DNA of 24,198 bases from a virus (lineage: Duplodnaviria; Caudoviricetes): the IMG/VR virus record IMGVR_UViG_3300032302_000052, positions 1 to 24,198 of that record. One strand, written 5' to 3'. The position numbers were made by a program, and so were the translations under genes. This document shows positions 17,621 through 24,198 of the stretch, in pieces; the stretch's first letter is position 1; each line of letters begins with the position of its first letter. The notes below the pieces were generated by a model. The model ran no database searches, was not told the DNA's origin, and saw only the letters and a program-made list of their open reading frames with translations.

Positions 17621-17952
17621 CAGGCCATCACCTCAGCTTGCATAACGTAATAACCAAAATTGTGGCCGGTAATCGGATGGTTTTCATCCCAAATGGGATC
17701 ACCAATCACCGCCCACCATTCGCCCATCAGTTTGAACCGATCTTTTTCCCGAAGCTTGACCGCGGCATCACGAGGGCAATAAATCACAGTGGACATGAAC
17801 TCCACTTCTTCGCCGGAACTCATAGACTGTGCGCCAGTCCACTGAACCAGTACATGTTCTATGAATCCAACGGATTGCAGTTCGCTATCTCCGAACCGGT
17901 CCCTACCGCTTGTTCGATACACCTCAATGGTGTGCCCCCCGCGGAGCCTCAT
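17620..17952 (-). CDS. Head-to-tail stopper
   Basis: Likely start is the ATG at 17952, overlapping the adaptor stop (ATGA). 'DRFGD', 'VIYCP', 'DRFKL.GE.WAVIGDP..WD..HP.TG'. Confidence 0.8.
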   Translation of the reverse strand: MRLRGGHTIEVYRTSGRDRFGDSELQSVGFIEHVLVQWTGAQSMSSGEEVEFMSTVIYCPRDAAVKLREKDRFKLMGEWWAVIGDPIWDENHPITGHNFGYYVMQAEVMA

Positions 17953-18422
17953 GGATTGATGGTCCCCCAGTAGCCGGGATCCCACTGATCGAAATAAGGG
18001 AACGGCTCATCGGTCAGGTCGTAGGTCATATGGATGTAGCCCACGGCCCAACGGTCGTCCTCGCGGCGGAACCCAATCGTATACATCGAGCCGGAAGATT
18101 TCTTCCGGAGGATAGCCATCTCACCTCTGGTGAAAAAGCCATCCGGCACCGTCAGCCGGGTAACCGAAACCGGACCCATAGATTCCGAGATGATGCGGTC
18201 GGGGTTGGACAGTTCCCTACGGGAAGCCGAAAGTACAACCCCGACCACATCAGCTGGCGGAAGGAGATCCGTGTTGTTCCAGTTCTTTTGACCAAGGGTT
18301 CGCACCCACGCGCTGATTACCTTGAGAACCAGGATGGCCTGATCCTCTTCCGGGCCACTAAAAGTGGTCCGCATGAAAGTGGCTAAATCAGCCACATCCG
18401 CCAGCGGGTCAGAAAAAGACAT
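17949..18422 (-). CDS. Head-to-tail adaptor
   Basis: 157 aa directly after the capsid gene; 'LADVADLA', 'VVGVVLSASRRELSNPD…SESMGPVS'. Confidence 0.85.
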   Translation of the reverse strand: MSFSDPLADVADLATFMRTTFSGPEEDQAILVLKVISAWVRTLGQKNWNNTDLLPPADVVGVVLSASRRELSNPDRIISESMGPVSVTRLTVPDGFFTRGEMAILRKKSSGSMYTIGFRREDDRWAVGYIHMTYDLTDEPFPYFDQWDPGYWGTINP

Positions 18423-19583
18423 TTAGGTAACGGTCACCGCGAAGGTTGCCGAAGTAACCCCGTCATAGGTTGCGGTGATGTTAGTGGTGCCAGCGGCAAC
18501 ACCAGTCACCAGACCGGTGGTGGAAACGGTCGCCTTCGCAGCTGCCGAAGAAGCCCAGGTGACAGCCGAGTTGCTGGTTACATCGTCACCGTAGTTGGTG
18601 AATGCTGAAAGCTGCGAAGTGTGGCTTGCGCCAGCAGCGGCGGTGACAGCGGCAGTACCGGACACGGTGATCGCGGTTGAGGTCAGGTGAAGCTTCACGG
18701 CGCGAACGAAACCGTCAACCGGATCGGACACCGCCTTGTAGCCAACCAGAGTGTCAACCAGCGAACGGTCAGTGGTCGCGCTGTAGTCGTAGTCCATCAG
18801 CCAGCGGATAGCCAAACCAGCTGCGGTAGCAGCGGAGGTGAAGCTTGCACCACGCGGCGGGGCCGGGGGGCGGGTCGCCATGATGAACGCAGTCGGATGG
18901 AACAGGAACGCGTCCTGGTGCGGAAGTGCGTCTGAGACAACAACATTCAGCCCTGCGACGTTACCGATGATTGCCTCACGCAGAGCGGTGTTGGGCGAAT
19001 CGCCAGTGGCATCGTAACGGTTGAACTGAGCATCCTTGAGGAACGCGGCTTCCACGGCAGAGCCAACAACGAGGACGCGACCGGCACGGTCAACGAACTT
19101 GTCGTTCAGCTTCCGGCGTGCCTCAACGATGGAGGGCCACAGGTTACCTTCGGTAGTGCTGACCTGCATGTTGTTCTGCGCATAGTTGGCACCCTGCATC
19201 GTCTCAACGAGGCCGTCCTCCATCTTCTGCGCAACGGCGCGGATCTGACGATTCAGAACCTGACCGGCGAAGTCGTGGATATCGAGCGTCAACTCTTCAT
19301 CGGTGAGCGCGACAGCGTGGTACACATCGCGGTCGAGCGTGACCGCAATGGCGTTCTCCGACAGATCCTCAGTAACAAGGTTACGAGCAGATCCGGTACC
19401 ACGGAAGGTACGCGACCGACCCGTTGTACGGGCAGGAACGCGAATGGTAATCGTATCGTTGTATTTTCCGGAAAAATCGCCAAGGCCATTGAGCCAAACC
19501 AGCTGCGGGAGGATGATTTCGCGTTGCAGAAGCTTGATCGCGGTGTCCACCACAACTGTCGGCTTAAGAAAGGTATTAGCCAT
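18423..19583 (-). CDS. Major capsid protein with C-terminal Ig-like (Big_2-type) domain
   Basis: 386 aa; 'MANTFLKP', 'NDTITIRVP', 'LTDEELTLDI', 'AFLFHPTAF', 'LAIRWLMDYD'. C-terminal ~85 aa 'VTWASSAAAKATVSTTGLVTGVAAGTTNITATY'. RBS AAGGA. Confidence 0.93.
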   Translation of the reverse strand: MANTFLKPTVVVDTAIKLLQREIILPQLVWLNGLGDFSGKYNDTITIRVPARTTGRSRTFRGTGSARNLVTEDLSENAIAVTLDRDVYHAVALTDEELTLDIHDFAGQVLNRQIRAVAQKMEDGLVETMQGANYAQNNMQVSTTEGNLWPSIVEARRKLNDKFVDRAGRVLVVGSAVEAAFLKDAQFNRYDATGDSPNTALREAIIGNVAGLNVVVSDALPHQDAFLFHPTAFIMATRPPAPPRGASFTSAATAAGLAIRWLMDYDYSATTDRSLVDTLVGYKAVSDPVDGFVRAVKLHLTSTAITVSGTAAVTAAAGASHTSQLSAFTNYGDDVTSNSAVTWASSAAAKATVSTTGLVTGVAAGTTNITATYDGVTSATFAVTVT

Positions 19584-19599
19584 AGTTGTAAGTTATTCC

Positions 19600-20247
19600 T
19601 TAATTGTAATTGCGAGGTTTATCCACACGAATTTGTGGCCCACGCGGGATTTTTGAGACAATGGAATCGGTGTCAGGATCAGGGTCATCAGTCTCGCCAC
19701 CGCCGCCGTAGAAAGCCCCCCTCTTGGGGGTGCTTGGCGTCTTATCCTTGCTGGATTCCCTGTCGGCTTTCACGCCCAGGTCTTTGATAATAGAGTCCAT
19801 GTCATCAGCGATCTCGTCCTCGTTATCGCCCTGGACCCTTTTCCAGAAGCTCTTCGGCAATCCCTTTTCGCTTGCAAGGTCAGCGATCAGGTTTGCCCTT
19901 TGGAGCTTGGTAAGTTTTTCTTCTTTCTCCTCTAGCGAGGAAATGAGATGATTTCGCTCCTTTTCCCAACGCTCAGCGTCGGTGGACTTTTCATCCTGAA
20001 GCTTTCTAAATGACTCCGACTCTTCCAGTCTTTGTTCGTAGTCGGAATACTTTTTTAGCAACTGCTCTTCTTGTCGCTTTAATCGCTTTTGCAAGATGCG
20101 ATCAAGCTCAGTTTGCGATATGAATTTTTCATCAGACTCGTCCTCCACAGGCTGCGGAGGTGCAGGCTTAGGCGAATCCGAAATGGTTTCCGAAACATTA
20201 TCGGCTAGTTCGACAGCAATTTCTTCGATATCGTTTTGCATTTCCAT
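19600..20247 (-). CDS. Capsid scaffolding protein
   Basis: Acidic coiled-coil protein directly before the capsid gene; 'SQTELDRILQKRLKR…KYSDYE', 'GDNEDEIADD'. RBS spacing favours the second ATG at 20241. Confidence 0.88.
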   Translation of the reverse strand: MEMQNDIEEIAVELADNVSETISDSPKPAPPQPVEDESDEKFISQTELDRILQKRLKRQEEQLLKKYSDYEQRLEESESFRKLQDEKSTDAERWEKERNHLISSLEEKEEKLTKLQRANLIADLASEKGLPKSFWKRVQGDNEDEIADDMDSIIKDLGVKADRESSKDKTPSTPKRGAFYGGGGETDDPDPDTDSIVSKIPRGPQIRVDKPRNYN

Positions 20248-20298
20248 TCCTTCCGCAACTTTAATGGCGTGCGTGTACCAATCCGCCCATTTCGGGCG

Positions 20299-20640
20299 TT
20301 AAGCTTTGGGATGTTCCCCGTCGTCGTGATATTTGAGGATAGTTGCGGTCCACGACTTCGCGGCATCGCCGCCCCACGCAGCCCACGCAACACGGCCCGG
20401 TGATGGATACCCCTCACTACCTGGGGACCAGCCCTTGCCCTTCTTGTCCACCCCATGCCTCGCTAAATAGCTGGCGATACGGCCAATGGTTTCCCGGCTG
20501 ACCGCCCCACCGCGAGCGAGTTGAGCGGCGCGACCACGACCGGTGGCGGTAAACCCTCCACCGGCATGACCCTCTTTAATCCAAGCAAGGGCGCGACGGG
20601 CTTCAGCCCGAACCGCGCTAGGTGGCTTGTAATCAGTCAT
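20299..20640 (-). CDS. Conserved hypothetical basic phage head-region protein
   Basis: 113 aa, co-oriented and filling the gap; compact Gly/Trp/Arg-rich sequence 'RAAQLARG…SYLARH…PSPGRVAWAAWGGD' of a type I recall from phage head clusters. Confidence 0.75.
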   Translation of the reverse strand: MTDYKPPSAVRAEARRALAWIKEGHAGGGFTATGRGRAAQLARGGAVSRETIGRIASYLARHGVDKKGKGWSPGSEGYPSPGRVAWAAWGGDAAKSWTATILKYHDDGEHPKA

Positions 20641-20691
20641 CTAAATGTCTTTCAAGGGAATAGTTAACCCTACTAAATAATAGTGTAGCAG

Positions 20692-20723
20692 ATTATAGCT
20701 AATAGACAGGAATTGCACTGCAA
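20692..20723 (-). promoter_or_regulatory. Possible SigA-like promoter upstream of the hypothetical-scaffold-capsid genes
   Basis: TATAAT (20697-20692) in a very AT-rich gap; TTGCAG at 20723-20718, but the 20-nt spacer is longer than optimal. Confidence 0.3.
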
Positions 20724-21313
20724 GTGCAGAAATCATGCCCCACGGAAACAGCGGCCATTCGCTTTAACCCCTCCGATTTCATTATTGGAGTTGTCAAGAA
20801 TTGGCATCCGTTACAGGCGTCCGGATCTGCTATTGCGGCAATTCCCTTGGCAAGTGGGTCGAGTTGTACCAGATCCAGTACCACTCCCCTCCCGCCGTTG
20901 AGTACGAGCCTGGTCACGGCACCTACAGACTTGCTGAACCCATCCCTGCGGATCTGGGGAATCGTATTCAAATCCATACCTGGAAGGCTTTTTTTCGCCA
21001 TCCACACTGGACCCGTCACCGTCATCGAAGTCATAATTTTCAGGGCCGTTTGACGGTCTAAATCCGGGGCGGCGAAGTCCATATCCTGGGAGTCCCCTAA
21101 TTGGGCGTTCCGATAGTTTTTGACAAACTCCACAGCTACATTCTGGCTTTTCTGGAATGCTTTCACCACGATAGGTCGAGCAATTTTCAGCCATGGCGTG
21201 GAAGTCCTCTTAAGGTCATGGAAGTCGAGTATTTCCCAGGCCGGATGAAGCTCTATAACCACCGAACGGGCAATATGCTTCTGTTCCTCGTGATGGTGAG
21301 AAACCATATCCAT
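20699..21313 (-). CDS. MuF-like minor head protein (often annotated 'capsid maturation protease' in actinophages)
   Basis: 204 aa after the portal; 'RLVLNGGR', 'DPDACNGCQFL', 'HDFCTCSAIPVY' (CxxC…HxxCxC). Confidence 0.75.
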   Translation of the reverse strand: MDMVSHHHEEQKHIARSVVIELHPAWEILDFHDLKRTSTPWLKIARPIVVKAFQKSQNVAVEFVKNYRNAQLGDSQDMDFAAPDLDRQTALKIMTSMTVTGPVWMAKKSLPGMDLNTIPQIRRDGFSKSVGAVTRLVLNGGRGVVLDLVQLDPLAKGIAAIADPDACNGCQFLTTPIMKSEGLKRMAAVSVGHDFCTCSAIPVY

Positions 21314-21324
21314 GGGAAATCAAC

Positions 21325-22917
21325 CTATTGTCCGGTGCCGGGGGAATGATCGAACGGTGGGCTTTGCGAGGGAAGGGCGCGGCCTGCCTTGTTCGCCCTT
21401 GACGCATCCTGAACAAACTGATTTGTGTTCTCCGTGGGCTTCTTCTTAGCCTTGATACCAGCCTTGGCCTGTTCGATTTCAACTTTGTGCATCTCCTCCG
21501 CGGTACCGGGAAGAAGGTTCTGCGCGAACTCGTCACGCAGATAGCTGGTCAGCGGATCATCATCCAGAACCATGTCCCGCATTTCCTGAACATCCGTTGC
21601 GTCAAAGCCCGGAATGAACCGCCACAGGAACTCCTTCGGAACGCCAAGCTGTTGAGCGATCTTGCCGTAAGCATCCGCGGCCTGCGCCAGCGACCGAACC
21701 TCAACATCCTGCCAAGAAATTCGGGCATTAAAATTCCGCGCCGCGGAAGTATCCCCGGCAATTGCCGAAGCTAGACGAAGCATCCTGGCGTGCGAAACAC
21801 CCATACTGGTCTGCTTTTCCAACAACTTCTGGGTCGTCTGCGCACGCGAAGCGGCCAACGCTTCAGCAGACACATTGACAACTTTGCCGGTGAACAAGTG
21901 CGACGGGAGTTGCAGCATTGCCGACAACGCCTCAACGTCGCTCTCGTGGGCCTGGATGAAGGGGGCCATGTTGGTTTCCGGCAGCGATCCGAACGTCACG
22001 TTGGGATCGGACGACACCAGCATGTCCTCCTGGGCCAGCTTGCGCTTATCGTCGGCGCGGTTCGCATCATCATCGGCCTGCTCAAGGCCGGTAGCGGTAC
22101 GGACCTTCCACGAGTTGTAGTGCTGCACCAACAGACGGTCGTAGTCGGTCTTGTCGATACGGGCGGCAACGGCGATCACCGGCTCCACATCACCGATACA
22201 GCGGCCCTCCAAGTCCATCTGATTCACATACCGGACAATTGGGCAGACCCCGATCCCGTGGTCAACCGTTTTTGTGTAGGAGAACTTGCCGTCCAGGTTA
22301 GGGTTCTCAAACTCGTGGTAGCTGTTTTCGTCGTACCAACGCCACGTCTTGTTGTCAGGCAGCCACTCCAACGCCCACGTCGGGAAATCATCACCGACCG
22401 GATCCTCATACATCGCAAAGACACGTTTCGGGCTGAGTCCGCGGATTACCGGCATGGACCGTCCGGTGTAGTCCTCTCCGGGTAGCACGCGAACGAAGGA
22501 GTAGCCGTACCCGATTGCTGCTCTGTGTACCGAAATCTGGTGTGCCGCAAAGTTATTCGCGTTCCAAATGTCCCAGGCCGGTGAGTTGTCCCGAGTGTCC
22601 GGTGAGCGGTAGCCATCCACATACATGGCTTGCGCGAACGTCGATACAGCCAAACCCAGCCACGGTGAACGCGACAGATCGAGCAGCGACCGCTTTTCCA
22701 AATCCCTGGGGCCAACCCGCACCGAATATGGCTGACGGCCATCCATCCAGCCACTCAGCTTGTCCAGGCGCGTTTTTTCCTTATGCCATTTCGGATAAAC
22801 TTCGTTGCTGATGTAGGTCGCCAGCTTCTGGCCGGTTTCCCCGGCTGGCGGCGCGAAAACCGCGTTCCTAACCGGATCGCTGCCCCCATAAGGGGGTGGA
22901 TTAAGAATTTCGGGCAT
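21325..22917 (-). CDS. Portal protein (SPP1 gp6-like)
   Basis: 530 aa after the terminase; 'PWLGLAV…AQAMYVDGYR', 'WDIWNAN', 'HGIGVCPIVRYVN', 'NVSAEALAA', 'RSLAQAADAYGK'. Confidence 0.93.
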   Translation of the reverse strand: MPEILNPPPYGGSDPVRNAVFAPPAGETGQKLATYISNEVYPKWHKEKTRLDKLSGWMDGRQPYSVRVGPRDLEKRSLLDLSRSPWLGLAVSTFAQAMYVDGYRSPDTRDNSPAWDIWNANNFAAHQISVHRAAIGYGYSFVRVLPGEDYTGRSMPVIRGLSPKRVFAMYEDPVGDDFPTWALEWLPDNKTWRWYDENSYHEFENPNLDGKFSYTKTVDHGIGVCPIVRYVNQMDLEGRCIGDVEPVIAVAARIDKTDYDRLLVQHYNSWKVRTATGLEQADDDANRADDKRKLAQEDMLVSSDPNVTFGSLPETNMAPFIQAHESDVEALSAMLQLPSHLFTGKVVNVSAEALAASRAQTTQKLLEKQTSMGVSHARMLRLASAIAGDTSAARNFNARISWQDVEVRSLAQAADAYGKIAQQLGVPKEFLWRFIPGFDATDVQEMRDMVLDDDPLTSYLRDEFAQNLLPGTAEEMHKVEIEQAKAGIKAKKKPTENTNQFVQDASRANKAGRALPSQSPPFDHSPGTGQ

Positions 22918-24198
22918 TTACCAGATCCTTCCGCCGATAGGGGCGTTCATGTGCGCTCCGGGGGGCTTTTTAGCCTCTTCAATGGCCCTCTCAGCGAGGT
23001 ATTTGCTCAAACCGTAGTGGGCGTAGCACGCCGCAACTATGGGTGTTATATCGGCAGCTGAAGCGTCTTTTCGGGCGAATCCCCATGTTGGGCTTTCGCT
23101 GCCACCCTCTTTGGACCCGATGCTGTACCGGGTCGAGTTCTTGAACGCCGCCGTAACGGTCGGATCATTGAGGTGAACTATTACCTTGTCGCGTACTGCG
23201 TCGTGGAACTCCCCCGTAGCACGCCCAATTTCGGACGAACCCAACACAATAAGGTCGATCCCCTCCTGCTGAAGGGGCGCAATGAACGATCCAGGCGCAC
23301 CACCGCCCTGAATAACCACCTTCTGGGGGGAATTTGTGGACATGTAGAGCTTCCGGATGTAATCGACCACCCAATTTGTGCCCTTGGCGCTATGAATGAC
23401 TTCCAACTGCCTTCGCCCATCCTCAGATAGGGCACAAACAGCTACCGAAGCCCGGTCGCGGAACGGAGAAATGTCCACCGCGGCAATAATCTCAGTGCTG
23501 GCAATCTGTGAATCCTCATCCCCGCACGCCTGCCACCAATCCAACGGGATAACGTCCCGCATCGCCGTATCCGCCCACAAACCAAGGCGTTCACGGCAAA
23601 ACTGCTTCCCCCAGTCAAGGGCATGGCCCTCCGACTCAATAAATTCCTCTTCGATACGAATACCAAGTGCTGGTATCGCCTTGTACCACTCCTCCTTGTC
23701 CTTCGGATCGCACCCAGGCGAAGCGGAGAACTCAAAAAAAGCTAGCCGGGGAGCGCGATCTAACCCGCGCTCACGCACGCGAAATAAAAATTCCGAATCT
23801 TCCATACCTGTGGATGAGCAGTACCACATCTGGGGATTCGGACGTGCGGAGAGCGTCATCATCGACGCTGCGATCACCTCGGCGGTCAAACCGTAAGCCT
23901 CGTCGTAGACCACAAGGTCTGCGGAGAACCCACGGCTTGGATCATTACCCCGCGCCTGGTACATCAGGCGGGAGCCGTTCTTCAACTCGATGGAAACATT
24001 GTCATTACCAGTGCGGAACTTATGCACCATCGCCATCAAGTCCGGGCACCTTCTGATCCGCGCCACCTGGCGCAAGAAAGATTCCTTAGCAGTACTAAAC
24101 AACTGTGCGGAGTGGATTTGCAACTGCTCCCCCAACACAAACAAGCCGACCAGTTCCCGCAACTCTGCGATCACCGTCTTTCCGCACTGACGCGGAAC
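22918..24198 (-). CDS. terL: Terminase large subunit (5' end outside the window)
   Basis: The frame continues to the right edge as VPRQCGKT (Walker A). Walker B 'LVVYDEA', coupling motif 'SSTG', nuclease 'AAVDIS' and 'DITPIVA'. Confidence 0.95.
   Translation of the reverse strand, partial: VPRQCGKTVIAELRELVGLFVLGEQLQIHSAQLFSTAKESFLRQVARIRRCPDLMAMVHKFRTGNDNVSIELKNGSRLMYQARGNDPSRGFSADLVVYDEAYGLTAEVIAASMMTLSARPNPQMWYCSSTGMEDSEFLFRVRERGLDRAPRLAFFEFSASPGCDPKDKEEWYKAIPALGIRIEEEFIESEGHALDWGKQFCRERLGLWADTAMRDVIPLDWWQACGDEDSQIASTEIIAAVDISPFRDRASVAVCALSEDGRRQLEVIHSAKGTNWVVDYIRKLYMSTNSPQKVVIQGGGAPGSFIAPLQQEGIDLIVLGSSEIGRATGEFHDAVRDKVIVHLNDPTVTAAFKNSTRYSIGSKEGGSESPTWGFARKDASAADITPIVAACYAHYGLSKYLAERAIEEAKKPPGAHMNAPIGGRIW

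Noticed and set aside
21790-22485. 231-aa plus-strand ORF, and similar ones at 2609-3202, 10958-11590 and 5961-6485
   Set aside because: Antisense to well-supported portal/TMP coding sequence; composition typical of shadow frames.
1-24198. CRISPR array, tRNA, rRNA, integrase or att site
   Set aside because: None evident; the window is almost fully covered by structural CDSs, so prophage versus free phage cannot be decided here.

Overview
The whole window is one minus-strand virion structure and assembly operon of a long-tailed (siphovirus-type) actinobacteriophage or prophage. The host is probably mycobacterial, judged from the gene set and protein style. Gene order from the right edge is: terminase large subunit (5'-truncated), portal, short MuF-like head protein, small conserved hypothetical, scaffold, major capsid with an Ig-like extension, head-tail adaptor, stopper, neck protein, tail terminator, major tail protein with an Ig-like extension, tail assembly chaperones joined by a -1 frameshift, tape measure protein (TMP), distal tail protein, and a second minor tail protein (3'-truncated, absent from the ORF track). 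The standout is the 3991-aa TMP. About 1130 aa look like a normal helical ruler. The rest is a chain of globular modules separated by Pro-rich linkers and recurring [FYH]-x-x-G-G / 'SDxIPAMLSxGEFV' repeats: a LAS-type peptidase, a lytic transglycosylase, a segment recalling the pre-toxin region of ESX-secreted polymorphic toxins, two tandem anthrax-lethal-factor-like HExxH metalloproteases and an R-S-E ADP-ribosyltransferase. An ordinary TMP C-terminus follows. This suggests a tape measure protein acting as an injected effector-delivery polyprotein. All domain calls are by-eye motif recognition; no database searches were run.
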